Assembly (NCBI GenBank): GCA_021818475.1
Contig: JAKADZ010000003.1
Coordinates: forward strand, 27,988-91,987
Source of the DNA: Nanobdellota archaeon
GTDB lineage: Archaea > Nanobdellota > Nanobdellia > Pacearchaeales > GW2011-AR1
Length of the DNA stretch: 64,000 bases
Direction: 5' to 3'
The notes under the pieces were generated by a model, which did not search any database, had not been told where the DNA came from, and saw only the letters and a list, made by a program, of their open reading frames with translations. Below are positions 54,383-64,000 of the stretch, piece after piece. A program made the position numbers and the translations under genes. The first letter of the stretch is position 1; the number at the start of each line of letters is the position of its first letter.

Positions 54383-55856
54383 TTTTGGCGGACGAAGCCT
54401 GAACTTTATGTTCAGAACTAGGTTTCATTAACGGAAATATAACTGCTTCCCTTGCAGGTTTGTCGACGAGATACCCAAAAAATCTTTCTGATAATCCGAA
54501 TCCGCATGTTGGCGGCATACCATATTTAAGAGCTTCCACAAATCCTTTATCATGTTCCATACTTTCAGTGTCCCCTTTTTCTTTTTTCTCCATCTGTTCT
54601 TTGAATCTTTCTTCCTGGTCAATAGGATCATTAAGTTCTGAATAACCGTTCCCCATCTCTGTTCCTGCGATAATTACCTGAAACTGCTGGACTACTTTGT
54701 TATCTTCGGGATTTCTTTTTGCCAGAGGAGCAAGTTCAACTGGCTGATTAATCAGGAAACCCGGTCCTGAAAGTTTTTTCCTGCAATATTTCCAAAGAAT
54801 ATCGACCATTCTCCATTTGTCAACGTTCTTATTATATTCCATCTCCAACTCATCGAGTTTTTTCTTTATCTTATGTTCATCATCCTTGTAAATGTCAATT
54901 CCTGTTTTTTCTTTTATCAGCGTTTTATAGTCGTAAGTCTCCCATGTTTTTCCTAAATCCACTTCATATCCGTGAGTTTTGAATTTCAAAGTTCCTAAAA
55001 CTTCTTTGGCGACTTTTTTATACATCTCTTCAACGAGTTTCATCCCTTCTTTGTAATCTGCATATGCCCAATAGAATTCCATCTGGCTGTAATCCTGCAA
55101 ATGCTCCATATCCATTCCTTCATTTCTGAACTGTCTTCCGATTTCAAATGTCTTGTCATATCCAGCAACCATCAATCTCTTTTGCCACAATTCTCCCATT
55201 GAAATTCTCAGATAAACATCAATATCAAGGGCATTGTGGTGAGTCCTGAATGGCGTCGCTGCCGCTCCGCCTGCAGAATTTTCAAGGGCGGGAGTTTCTA
55301 CTTCCAAAAATCCCCTTTCAATAAGAAAATTTCTTATAGTCTGCCAGAATTTTGCTTTTTTTATGAATAATTCTTTTATTTCCGGATTAATCATGATATC
55401 AAGATATCTTTTTCTCAATCTTTCTTCATCGTCCTGCAGGCCGTGGAATTTTTCAGGCAGCGGAAGAATAGCTTTGCTTAACAATTCAATCTTTTTTACA
55501 AGAATGGAAATTTCTCCTGTTTTTGTTTTGAAAGTTTCACCTTCAACTCCGACAAAATCCCCTTCGTCGATATATTTTTTGAAAAAATCAAAAATTTTGT
55601 CAGGCGTTTTTTCTTCCTGAAAAACAATTTGTACATCTCCTGAAACATCTCTCAATTTTGCAAATGCAATTTTCCCCAAATCTCTTTTGCTCATTAATCT
55701 GCCTGCAGTTTTGACTTTTGTTTCAAGTTTTGCTTTCAGGCATTCTGAAGCAGAATTTTTTTTGTCGAATTTTGCAGGATAAGGATCAATTCCTTCTTTT
55801 CTAAGCTCTTCAATTTTTTTTATTCTTTCATTGATTATCTGTTCTTCGCGCCCCAT
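54360..55856 (-). CDS. lysS: lysyl-tRNA synthetase, class II
   Basis: FEIGRQFRNEGMDMEH...MEFYWAYADY (motif 2); GTEMGNGYSELNDP; GMPPTCGFGLSERFF (motif 3); N-terminal OB fold. Confidence 0.8.
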   Translation of the reverse strand: MGREEQIINERIKKIEELRKEGIDPYPAKFDKKNSASECLKAKLETKVKTAGRLMSKRDLGKIAFAKLRDVSGDVQIVFQEEKTPDKIFDFFKKYIDEGDFVGVEGETFKTKTGEISILVKKIELLSKAILPLPEKFHGLQDDEERLRKRYLDIMINPEIKELFIKKAKFWQTIRNFLIERGFLEVETPALENSAGGAAATPFRTHHNALDIDVYLRISMGELWQKRLMVAGYDKTFEIGRQFRNEGMDMEHLQDYSQMEFYWAYADYKEGMKLVEEMYKKVAKEVLGTLKFKTHGYEVDLGKTWETYDYKTLIKEKTGIDIYKDDEHKIKKKLDELEMEYNKNVDKWRMVDILWKYCRKKLSGPGFLINQPVELAPLAKRNPEDNKVVQQFQVIIAGTEMGNGYSELNDPIDQEERFKEQMEKKEKGDTESMEHDKGFVEALKYGMPPTCGFGLSERFFGYLVDKPAREAVIFPLMKPSSEHKVQASSAKNAERKEK

Positions 55857-55942
55857 ATTATCAGATGATTTTTGTCATTAAAATACTTTACTATATTCTT
55901 CAATACAGAATTATTTTTAAATTAAGTTTATGCTTTATTTTT

Positions 55943-56536
55943 ATGTCTGTCAAGAAAAAATATGTGTCAATTGATGTAGAAACTAACGGCCCGTATCCGT
56001 GGAGAAGTTCAATGCTTTCTTTTGGTGCATGCATAGTCGGGGATAAAAACAAAATTTTTTATAGAGAACTAAAACCAATTACCTCTGAATATGAAATTGA
56101 ACATTTTAGAATAGGGGCGAAAAGTCTGGCTGTTTTAAGTGATTATGATCATGAAAATTTTAATCCGGAAGAGGTGTTAAAAATTCTGGATATAAAAGGA
56201 GATTCTCCTAAGTTGGCAATTCCAAAATTCGTGGGATGGGTTCTGGAAAATACTGAAGGATATCGTCCTGTTCTATTAGCTGCTCCAATTATTTTTGACG
56301 GGCAGTTTATTAATTATTATATTGATAAGTTTCATCCAAGGCAAAATCCATTTGGTCATTCAGGGGAAGATATAAATTCTGTATTTCGCGGAAATGTCAA
56401 GGACATGACTGCTAATATCAGGGAACTTGATTTGCGTGCAGATCTTCCAAGACATAATGCTCTTGAAGATGCAGTTCAGCAGGCAAGAGAATTTTACACG
56501 ACATTGGTTCATATGAGGCAGCAGGGGAGAATTTAA
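55943..56536 (+). CDS. DEDDh 3'-5' exonuclease (DnaQ/RNase T-like)
   Basis: SIDVETNGP (exo I), HNALEDAVQQA (exo III). The ORF-track start at 55865 adds an unlikely hydrophobic extension. Confidence 0.7.
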   Translation: MSVKKKYVSIDVETNGPYPWRSSMLSFGACIVGDKNKIFYRELKPITSEYEIEHFRIGAKSLAVLSDYDHENFNPEEVLKILDIKGDSPKLAIPKFVGWVLENTEGYRPVLLAAPIIFDGQFINYYIDKFHPRQNPFGHSGEDINSVFRGNVKDMTANIRELDLRADLPRHNALEDAVQQAREFYTTLVHMRQQGRI

Positions 56537-56570
56537 CAAGATTTAAAAATAATTTTTCATTAAGATTATA

Positions 56571-56804
56571 ATGCCACGAAAAAACAGAAGAAAATATTTA
56601 TTCAAAAGAGGAAAAGAAGAAATGAACTGTGAAAAAAATAATCATCATTGTCATAGAGGCGGCGGAATTTACTTCTTAGGATTTGTCGGCGCAGCAATTT
56701 ATTATATTCAAATGGCTACTTCATTCTGGGACGGAGTTCTCGGCTTTCTAAAAGCATTGGTATGGCCTGCATTTTTAGTGTACAAGTTATTGGGCGGATT
56801 CTAA
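56571..56804 (+). CDS. small membrane protein, hypothetical
   Basis: 77 aa, basic N-terminus, two TM helices. Confidence 0.35.
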   Translation: MPRKNRRKYLFKRGKEEMNCEKNNHHCHRGGGIYFLGFVGAAIYYIQMATSFWDGVLGFLKALVWPAFLVYKLLGGF

Positions 56805-56871
56805 AAATTATTTCTTATGTTTTCTTAACAGAATATATTCGCTCACTCCAAAGTCGTTCGCTGATTTCTAT

Positions 56872-56943
56872 TCCCGCCCACCCAACTCGAGCCCTCACTC
56901 ATTGCTATTATATTTTTTCCTGCATTCGTGAAAACTCTCGCCC
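56872..56943 (-). repeat. GC-rich repeat family 1, copy F (reverse orientation) in a convergent intergenic region
   Basis: Reverse complement reads GGGCGAGAGTTTTCACGAATGCAGGAAAAAATATAATAGCAATGAGTGAGGGCTCGAGTTGGGTGGGCGGG. Confidence 0.55.
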
Positions 56944-57087
56944 AAAGAGAAAATTTGTATCACCTCTTTTTTTGGGGTAGGTAGAATTTGAACAATTCAT
57001 TTTAGATTTAACATTAACTTATTTTTCTCAACGAAGCGTCGTGTCTGAAAGCCGACGCGGAGAAATTAATCTGCGTAAGCACAAATT

Positions 57088-57140
57088 CAAGGGGAAAATG
57101 AATGTAAAGAAACAGTGTAGGTGTCGTTCATTGCGAGCGA
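57088..57140 (+). repeat. repeat family 2, partial copy d
   Basis: AAGGGGAAAATGAATGTAAAGAAACAGTGTAGGTGTCGTTCATTGCGAG aligns with the 3' half of 58656-58719. Confidence 0.4.
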
Positions 57141-57157
57141 TAGCGAGCGTATTTGTT

Positions 57158-57559
57158 TCATTTCTCATCTAATTCCCGATTTAGCAATTCATCTACAATA
57201 ACCTGAAATTTATCTTCCCGTGAAACATGTTTATATTTTATTTTATGGAAGTTCTCCTGAAGTTTCTGGACTTTCAAAAATAAAGGAAGCAGATGTGGAT
57301 TTCTTACTTTATATTCTCCTAACAATTGTTTTACAACTAATTCAGAATCAAGAACACATGTAATCTCATCTTTTGTAAATCTTGATGCAAGTTCAAGAGC
57401 TTTTATCAGTGCTTCATACTCTGCAACATTGTTAGTTACAAACTTTCCTATTTTTGCAGAATATTGAGTAAGAATCTTTTCATCATCTCGCACAATTACT
57501 CCGATTGCTCCTGGTCCGGGGTTACCACGAGCTCCCCCATCGCTATTTGTGTATATCAT
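57158..57559 (-). CDS. rnhA: ribonuclease HI
   Basis: TNSDGGARGNPGPGAIG and VAEYEALIKALE. Confidence 0.8.
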   Translation of the reverse strand: MIYTNSDGGARGNPGPGAIGVIVRDDEKILTQYSAKIGKFVTNNVAEYEALIKALELASRFTKDEITCVLDSELVVKQLLGEYKVRNPHLLPLFLKVQKLQENFHKIKYKHVSREDKFQVIVDELLNRELDEK

Positions 57560-58245
57560 TTTATCTTGTTCTCATTTAACTCAGTATATTTTATTGTCTT
57601 TTCCATTGTTTTAACTGTTAAAGCAGGGTATTTGCCGATGGCGGTTTCTTCAGAAAGCATAACTGCATTAGAGCCGTCGATAATTGCATTTGCAATGTCG
57701 CTTATTTCTGCCCGTTCCGGAGATTTTGCTTTCACCATAGACAAAAGCATTTCGGTTGCGGTAATAACAAATTTTCTCTTTGCTTTTGCTTTCTTGATAA
57801 TTATCTTCTGTTCTATTGGAACTTTTTCATAGGAAATATTTTTTGCCAAATCTCCTCTCGCAACCATGACCCCATCACTTTCATTAATTATATCATCAAT
57901 ATTCCTGACTCCATCTTTGGTCTCTATTTTCGCAATAAGTTTTATTTTTTTCGGGGAGAATAATTTTCTTATCTTTCTTATTTCTTCTTTTCCAGAAGTA
58001 TATGATAACGCAATATAATCAAAATCCTGTTTTTTTATCCAATCAATTTTTTTTATGTTTTTTATGTCAAACATAATTTTGCAGTTTTTTAGTTTCTTAA
58101 TATTCCGGGTAATTTTTTCATATTGTTTTTCATTTCCATATTTTGTATTAACTCTGGCAATGCTCATGCCGTTTTTATACATCTCTTTAAGAACAGAAAA
58201 TTCAATACTCGCAGGTCCAATTGTTGCAATTATTTCGGTTTTCAT
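57556..58245 (-). CDS. pyruvate kinase-like protein, barrel domain only (229 aa, lacks the C-terminal domain)
   Basis: IIATIGPAS, MSIARVNTKYG, IAKIET, DGVMVARGDLA, VITATEMLLSM..SPERAEISDIANAI.DGSNAVMLSEETAIGKYP. Confidence 0.7.
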   Translation of the reverse strand: MKTEIIATIGPASIEFSVLKEMYKNGMSIARVNTKYGNEKQYEKITRNIKKLKNCKIMFDIKNIKKIDWIKKQDFDYIALSYTSGKEEIRKIRKLFSPKKIKLIAKIETKDGVRNIDDIINESDGVMVARGDLAKNISYEKVPIEQKIIIKKAKAKRKFVITATEMLLSMVKAKSPERAEISDIANAIIDGSNAVMLSEETAIGKYPALTVKTMEKTIKYTELNENKIK

Positions 58246-58257
58246 ATCTTTTTATAA

Positions 58258-58533
58258 CTAAATGTGCAGGATTTTAAATTCCTTTAGGTCTTGAAATTTC
58301 TCGTCTTTAATTTCCACTTTATCTATTTTAGAATGCTTCGGTCCTTTCTGGCAAAACTCCACAATTTTGTCAACATCTTCCTGATTTCCTTCGGCAAAAA
58401 CTTCAACCCTGCCGTCTTCAAGATTTCTAACAAATCCCTTTACATTATTTCTTTCTGCATTATCCTTAATAAATTGCCTAAAAAAAATTCCCTGCACTGT
58501 TCCAGAAATATAAAGTCTTACTGATTTTTTCAT
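58258..58533 (-). CDS. acyP: acylphosphatase
   Basis: ISGTVQGIFFR and GFVRNLEDGRVEV motifs. Confidence 0.85.
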   Translation of the reverse strand: MKKSVRLYISGTVQGIFFRQFIKDNAERNNVKGFVRNLEDGRVEVFAEGNQEDVDKIVEFCQKGPKHSKIDKVEIKDEKFQDLKEFKILHI

Positions 58534-58655
58534 AATATAAAATAAATTTTTTAGTTTTTATATATTTACGCTAGATTCACTCGCTTTCCCCCTCGCCCCC
58601 TCAAAAACGGAAATTTTCTATCCCCTCTTTTTTCACAGAGAGTTTATTATTTTTT

Positions 58656-58719
58656 ATCAGCCATGAGCAGTATTTTAAAGGGAAATTCGTGCGGAAGAAA
58701 CCGATAATGTGTCGTCGCA
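58656..58719 (+). repeat. repeat family 2, copy c
   Basis: ATCAGCCATGAGCAGTATTTTAAAGGGAAATTCGTGCGGAAGAAACCGATAATGTGTCGTCGCAG. Confidence 0.6.
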
Positions 58720-58805
58720 GTTGAACAAACACGTTAAATTTTTTTCAGAACGAAGCACTTTGACTTAGTCTTGTGTGGAGTAATTAAATTTGCGAAGCAA
58801 GAAAA

Positions 58806-59387
58806 TTAAATCCCTCTATAATCTAATTCGTTATTTACGACTGCAACTGTCTGCGATGCAAAATACATTTTGTTTCCAACAGAAACCATATTCGCAGCTT
58901 CTTTTAATCTTTTCAATTCTTTTTTAGGCAGCCCTTCATGATCCCCTAAAATAAAAACGCAATCTTCAGGAATTTTAACTTTTCTTATATCTTCTCCGCG
59001 TTTATCCAGTAAAAAAATTTCTTTTCCTTCATCAATCATTTCATCAATCAATTTCAAAAAACTTTTTTTCTCTATAAAACATCCCGGCAGGGCTTCTGTC
59101 TTTTTTCCTTCTTTATATTTATACAAAATTTTTCTTATAAGATTCCCCACATCTTTTTTGCTGATTTCAAGTTCATCTTTTATCTGAATTTCAATATGCT
59201 TCGGAGGGTCAGGCATCCCGTAAAAAACAAAATGGAATTTCATATCTTTTCTGAAACCATGAGATAAAAAAACTCCCTGAATAAAACTATGAATTGCAAT
59301 ATCCATTCTTCCAGCTTTCATTAAATCCTTGACATCAAAATTACCTGACGTTCTCGCACTTTGTGAAAAATATACAAATTCTCTCAT
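58806..59387 (-). CDS. trmY: SPOUT methyltransferase, likely tRNA (pseudouridine54-N1)-methyltransferase TrmY
   Basis: 193 aa; the C-terminal VSVGNKMYFASQTVAVVNNELD resembles the TrmY/DUF358 knot motif. Confidence 0.55.
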   Translation of the reverse strand: MREFVYFSQSARTSGNFDVKDLMKAGRMDIAIHSFIQGVFLSHGFRKDMKFHFVFYGMPDPPKHIEIQIKDELEISKKDVGNLIRKILYKYKEGKKTEALPGCFIEKKSFLKLIDEMIDEGKEIFLLDKRGEDIRKVKIPEDCVFILGDHEGLPKKELKRLKEAANMVSVGNKMYFASQTVAVVNNELDYRGI

Positions 59388-59558
59388 AGATAAAAGAAGA
59401 GTTAAGGAATTAAAAAGGTATCTTATTCCAAAAAAATTTAAACCCCCTTGTTTTATTTAATTCAAATAAGATGAATAAGAAATTTAAAAAAATTTTAATT
59501 AAATTATTACCGCAACTTCCCTAATTCTTTTTGGAGTCATCAAGAACTTAGAAAAATT

Positions 59559-59831
59559 ATGACTGAAGAAGCGTTAAATGCATTAGTAAAATCAAATTAT
59601 CTATTTGAAATAAAAATAGAACACTTTAATAAAAAGGTAAAATTAGATGGACAAGTATATGTTCCAAAAGACAACAGAAAGGTGGATTTAAAACAAGGAA
59701 TTGAACTAAATTATGGTTTAGGGCCAAATGCTTTAAGTATAATATATGCTTCTAGATTAGAAATTCTTACTTATTGGATTATTGCATTAACTCTTTCTAC
59801 TTTAATTTTTACAATACTCTCTATTTTTTGA
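59559..59831 (+). CDS. hypothetical protein with a C-terminal TM
   Basis: 90-aa ORF. Confidence 0.3.
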   Translation: MTEEALNALVKSNYLFEIKIEHFNKKVKLDGQVYVPKDNRKVDLKQGIELNYGLGPNALSIIYASRLEILTYWIIALTLSTLIFTILSIF

Positions 59832-59833
59832 TT

Positions 59834-60706
59834 TTAATTTCTTATCTCCTGATAAACAAACATCGGCTTGCCGAATATCTTCCCGTCATCAACAACTCTG
59901 AACATTCCAATAAATTTATCTCCTGCAAATCCACAGACAATTTTATTTTTCTCTATCTTAATCTTTTTCATTAAATCTTTTTCATACAAGGGCTGGCCGT
60001 GAAGAATTCTTTCAATTGGTTCCTCTTTGATTTCTACAATTGGATAAAGTTCAGAAACAATTTCAGCTGGAATTATAATTTCTTTTAATAATTTATCATT
60101 ACCCTTAAAATACGCATCAGCTGCTTTTTCAAATTCTTCTTTTGTAACCATTTCTTTTTCTTTGAAAATTCCGGCACGAATTCTTTTCAGCCCAATCATA
60201 TGCGCACCGATTCCCATCTCTTCTCCCAAATCATGAACAAGTTTTCTTACATAAGTTCCTCCCTGACATTCAACTGAAAAAGAAATATCTTTACCTTCTT
60301 TTTTTAATAGTTCAAATTTTTTTATTTCTCTTTCTCTTTCTTGTCTTTTTACTCTAGAGCGGACAGGCGGAAGCTGAATAATTGTTCCCATAAATTTTTC
60401 ATCAATAACTCTTTTTATTTGTTCAAGAGAAACATCTTCGTGTATTCTCATCGTGCCAATATACTCTTTATCCTCTCCAATAAAAAATCCCGTTAACTTC
60501 GTGGCACGATTTGATGCAATCGGCAAAACTCCTGTAACCATAGGATCTAAAGTTCCGAAGTGGCTTGTTTTCCTTAATTTTAATTTTTTCCTCACAAAAT
60601 CAGAAACATCAAAACTGGTGCAATCAGCAGGCTTATCAAAATTTATAATTCCAAATTCCAAAAGTTCATTTATTGTTTTTTTATTTTTCAGTTTTTCAAT
60701 ATCCAT
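59834..60706 (-). CDS. cbf5: tRNA/rRNA pseudouridine synthase Cbf5/TruB (H/ACA RNP catalytic subunit)
   Basis: HFGTLDPMVTGVLPIASNRATK (TruB catalytic Asp motif); C-terminal PUA-like domain. Confidence 0.8.
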   Translation of the reverse strand: MDIEKLKNKKTINELLEFGIINFDKPADCTSFDVSDFVRKKLKLRKTSHFGTLDPMVTGVLPIASNRATKLTGFFIGEDKEYIGTMRIHEDVSLEQIKRVIDEKFMGTIIQLPPVRSRVKRQEREREIKKFELLKKEGKDISFSVECQGGTYVRKLVHDLGEEMGIGAHMIGLKRIRAGIFKEKEMVTKEEFEKAADAYFKGNDKLLKEIIIPAEIVSELYPIVEIKEEPIERILHGQPLYEKDLMKKIKIEKNKIVCGFAGDKFIGMFRVVDDGKIFGKPMFVYQEIRN

Positions 60707-60945
60707 AAAAAAGAAAGAAGAAATGAGTTTATAGGGGTTTTGGAAGCCAGATAGTTTCTCACAAAATTCAAAAAAGAGGCGATAACAATAGACAAAAAAT
60801 TGCGGAGCAATTTTTTATGAAAAATAGCGCGCTTGCACGTGAATAATTTTATTTTTTTATGCAGCACTCTGTTTGCTAAAAAATATTTCTTTTAGAAAAA
60901 GAAAACAAAATTTGTTAGAGAATACTTATTTAATGTTTCATAAAA

Positions 60946-61662
60946 CTACTGAATAATTGAAGAATTTTTCTTTTCCTCTTTTAATTTTTCCTTTCTTATC
61001 TTTCTTAGCTCAGCCATTTTTTCTGTTGCATAAGAAAATGCATGAGGTTTCATATCAAGTCTTACAAGCAAAAATTCCCTGAGGCTTAACCGATTCTTTT
61101 TTCCGACTTCTCTTAACATCCAGCCTGCCCCTTTTTGCACATACATATCCTCATCATAAACTAATTTTTCAGCAAGTCTTAATGTTAATTCAATTTTATT
61201 TTTTTTAATAAGGGGATAAGTTGAAACAATGCTGATTCTCCTGATCCACGGACTTTTTGCCTCGCTCATCTTTTTAATTTCGCTCATAAGTTCAATTCGC
61301 TCGGCAAGCACAACTCCGAGAATATGAGTGGATAATTCATCAACTAAATCCCAGCTAGTTGCAAGGGAAATTTTATCTGATAAAAATTTCCAGACTTCAG
61401 TTGGATATTTTTTTACATAACTTCCAAGGAGATAAAGTGCGCAGTTCATTTCTTCATGATTTCCGCTTCCCCATAATTCCTCAATTAAATTAAGCGCAGA
61501 ATAAAATTCCATCTTCTGATATTCCTTCATGATTTTCCTCATGTCAGGAACTGTCAGTCCGTAAAAAGAATATTCTGATTTCAGATATTTCCTGCTGTGT
61601 TCTGCTCTTTCTTTATCCTGCAGGCTGAAAAGTTTGGCGCGGATTTGTTCAAGTTCAGGCAT
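60946..61662 (-). CDS. DNA alkylation repair protein (AlkD/AlkC-like HEAT-repeat glycosylase family)
   Basis: EDMYVQKGAGWMLREVGKKN is a typical AlkD-family motif. Confidence 0.6.
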   Translation of the reverse strand: MPELEQIRAKLFSLQDKERAEHSRKYLKSEYSFYGLTVPDMRKIMKEYQKMEFYSALNLIEELWGSGNHEEMNCALYLLGSYVKKYPTEVWKFLSDKISLATSWDLVDELSTHILGVVLAERIELMSEIKKMSEAKSPWIRRISIVSTYPLIKKNKIELTLRLAEKLVYDEDMYVQKGAGWMLREVGKKNRLSLREFLLVRLDMKPHAFSYATEKMAELRKIRKEKLKEEKKNSSIIQ

Positions 61663-61731
61663 ATTATTCTATAACCTCTTTCTCCGAATCTTTCATTTCC
61701 CGTGAAAGTTCGCAAATTGTAATTTCCTGTT

Positions 61732-62811
61732 TCAATTTATTTCCTCCTCCTCTACTTCAATTCTGTCATGGGTTGGATATTCCTCGACTCTGAAAATTTT
61801 ATATTTTCCTTCTTTCAGTAATCTTCTTGCAACCTTTTCGGAAAGAATAGTCCTTTTCTTTTTTTCGTCATAAAAAACCCCTTTTAATTTAATTTTTTTT
61901 CGACTTCCTGTCGGGTTGCTGGAGTTGTGAAGAACCCGCTGGAGGTTCCCATTGATTACCAGATAAATAACAGTTCCCTCTTCTGTCCTTTTTCCATACG
62001 GAAGAATCTCATGTCTCTTAAGTCTGTTGGCAAACTGGCAGAGATTTTTCAAATCGGCAGTGCACAAATGAACTTTCAGTTTTATTTTTTTATCAGCCAA
62101 CTGATTTAAAATCCATTTCCCCGCTTCAAGACTTCCTGCGACAACATATCCTCCTTCTTCAAGTTCGTATTTTTTTGTTATTATGTCAAAATTTGTTTCT
62201 GATAATTCGAATTCATTCAGGTTAACAAATGAAATATATTTTTCAGTTCCGAAGATAAAATCTAATATCTCATGTTTTCTTTCAGGAATCATCGGCATCT
62301 CAAGTCCGATATTCCGCTTACCGAATATTTTTTCCGCCATTTCTATTTTTTTGATATCATCATCAACTTTGTTTTGGTTTATGAGGAACTCTGGGTGGAA
62401 TCTGACTTCATCGACGCATTTTTTTAATTTTTTTAATTTTTCTTCTGTGACCAATTGTGTCGGAAGGTAAATATGAATATGAAATTTTTTTCCGAATTTT
62501 TCTTTTAATGCAGAGGCAAATTTAATCGTTCTGCCAAAATAAATTAAAGGATCTCCTCCGGTGATTCCTGCAGAAGGGGCTCTGCTCTCTATCGCTTCCT
62601 GTATAATTTCATCGATATTTTTTACCTCGCGTTCATTTGCAAAAATTAAATTTTTGTTTTTTCTTTTTTTGCTTAATGAACAGTACCAGCAATTTTTTTT
62701 GCAGACTCCTGTTACGAAAAGAACTAATTTTTTTCCTTTCACGCAGTATTTGCATCCGTTTGCAACGCCGTTAACACAGAAAGAATCAAATTTTGTTTTT
62801 TTAGTTTTCAT
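61732..62811 (-). CDS. radical SAM protein with extra N-terminal cysteines
   Basis: CKKNCWYC (CX3CX2C); upstream CVNGVANGCKYC; glycine-rich ITGGDPL SAM motif. Confidence 0.55.
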   Translation of the reverse strand: MKTKKTKFDSFCVNGVANGCKYCVKGKKLVLFVTGVCKKNCWYCSLSKKRKNKNLIFANEREVKNIDEIIQEAIESRAPSAGITGGDPLIYFGRTIKFASALKEKFGKKFHIHIYLPTQLVTEEKLKKLKKCVDEVRFHPEFLINQNKVDDDIKKIEMAEKIFGKRNIGLEMPMIPERKHEILDFIFGTEKYISFVNLNEFELSETNFDIITKKYELEEGGYVVAGSLEAGKWILNQLADKKIKLKVHLCTADLKNLCQFANRLKRHEILPYGKRTEEGTVIYLVINGNLQRVLHNSSNPTGSRKKIKLKGVFYDEKKKRTILSEKVARRLLKEGKYKIFRVEEYPTHDRIEVEEEEIN

Positions 62812-63066
62812 AATAATCTCAATTATCTTTGTTTTAAAAATTACTCGCTTCGCTCGTTTTATTTATCCCATCTTTTTTAACTGAATTTAATTAGTTTTTA
62901 TAACATTAAAATTGACGAAGATTTAACAAATTTCTGCTTCTCTTTTTAAGAGAAGTATTTTTTAGCAAACGAAGTGCCGCGTAAAAAAATAAGAATTATT
63001 GTGAGTTACTTTGGAACGAACGAAATTAAGAAGAATTGTAAAATTATTTTCTAAAAATTAATCTCT

Positions 63067-63651
63067 TTATTGTCCCTGACTTGCCTTGTTATAACTTACT
63101 TTCATATTCTTTTTCTCTTTTGGAGATTTTTCTTCAGTAGTATGTTTTGCTTCTTTAGCCTCGGCTTTTTCTATTTTCTGTTCTGATTCAACAACTGCTT
63201 CTTTTTTCTCTTCGGTTTCTTTCTTGTCTTCAACCCCGTTTTGGTCTTTGTCAGCTGCTTCTTCCTGAACCTTCTCAGCCTTTCTCTTCTTTGCAACTTC
63301 CTGACTTTGTGACTTTATTTTTTCTTCTCTCAATTTTTTGAATTTGATGTTTGTCGGCATTTCAACTGCTTCGACTCTAACAATTCCGTTTTCTTTTACT
63401 GCCTTGACTTTTATTTTTGCAGGAGGATTTCTTATTCCTCTGTTCCATACCATTTCATTAAGGAATTTGTCAAGCTTGACTTTATTCAAATCTCTGTCTT
63501 CAACTTTCATGTGTTTTGCCAAGAATTCTTTTATTGCCTTAACTGCCTTGTTTGCTTTTTTGTATCTTGGAACTTTGTTAGTTTGCTTTCTAAGTGGAAT
63601 AACATATTCTCTCTCAAGTTTTTTCTCGTCTGTTTTATTTTTTTTATTCAT
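63067..63651 (-). CDS. rpl31e: 50S ribosomal protein L31e with a K/E-rich C-terminal extension
   Basis: EREYVIPLRK...PRYKKANKAVKAIKEF...VWNRGIRNPPAKIKVKA. Confidence 0.8.
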   Translation of the reverse strand: MNKKNKTDEKKLEREYVIPLRKQTNKVPRYKKANKAVKAIKEFLAKHMKVEDRDLNKVKLDKFLNEMVWNRGIRNPPAKIKVKAVKENGIVRVEAVEMPTNIKFKKLREEKIKSQSQEVAKKRKAEKVQEEAADKDQNGVEDKKETEEKKEAVVESEQKIEKAEAKEAKHTTEEKSPKEKKNMKVSYNKASQGQ

Positions 63652-63712
63652 TTTATTTTTCCTGTAGGTTTTCTACCACGTTAGGTTCTTTTTTCAAAAG
63701 AACCCACTTTTA

Positions 63713-64000
63713 CTATCCTAGATGCCACTTCCTTATCTTTCGTGGCTTGATATGTAATTTAGTTCTTCTCCATGAACGTTTGTATGCAGTCATAGCAGAA
63801 GGATGAATTCTTTTTCCTGCTCCGTATTTTTTCATAACTGCCCAGACAGGAGCCCATTTTGTCTGTCTTCCTGCGACAGCAAGTTTTGCTTTTTTCTCGT
63901 TAAGTCCTCTCTGTTTTTTTGGAACTTTGATTTTTTTAAGTTCAACAGGAGCCTGAATTTTTACTTCTGTCTTTTTTTCCTTTTTAGCAAATATTTTTTT
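63713..64000 (-). CDS. rpl39e: 50S ribosomal protein L39e-like (N-terminally extended; 5' end beyond the window)
   Basis: Reverse translation ...KKAKLAVAGRQTKWAPVWAVMKKYGAGKRIHPSAMTAYKRSWRRTKLHIKPRKIRKWHLG*; position next to L31e. Confidence 0.5.
   Translation of the reverse strand, partial: KKIFAKKEKKTEVKIQAPVELKKIKVPKKQRGLNEKKAKLAVAGRQTKWAPVWAVMKKYGAGKRIHPSAMTAYKRSWRRTKLHIKPRKIRKWHLG

Overview
This is a low-GC (about 30%) archaeal window with compact genes, very likely from a DPANN-type (Nanoarchaeota/Woesearchaeota-like) genome. It is mostly housekeeping: two ribosomal-protein clusters (L1-L10-L12; SecE...Spt5-L11, then L37ae-RpoP-prefoldin), L40e-aIF5A, L31e-L39e, FtsZ and SepF, PCNA next to a fused PriS/PriL-CTD primase, class II LysRS, Cbf5, TrmY, Taw1, MTHFR, RNase HI, a histone, and XPD-like and SNF2 helicases. 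Two tRNAs are present: tRNA-Ser(UGA) with a canonical-position intron, and tRNA-Pro(UGG). The accessory content is a 7-gene minus-strand cluster of archaeal type IV pilin-like proteins (class III signal peptides) with large Cys-rich secreted proteins, an S-layer-like giant protein, several Cys-rich C-terminally anchored surface proteins and a ComEA-like DNA-binding protein. The least explained signal is a set of short GC-rich repeat families in the AT-rich intergenic space. Family 1 has a CCGAGCGATTTYRCG core and six copies; two copies sit directly 3' of the tRNAs and end in 8-12 nt copies of the tRNA 3' end, and two lie inside the leader-coding regions of pilin paralogs. Family 2 has four copies, one forming the 5' end of a truncated Dph2-like gene. 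A 45-nt promoter/leader is shared by ftsZ and an unknown gene. No CRISPR array, rRNA or classical transposase/IS element was seen; a tRNA-proximal integrated or mobile element remains a possible reading of the family-1 copies.
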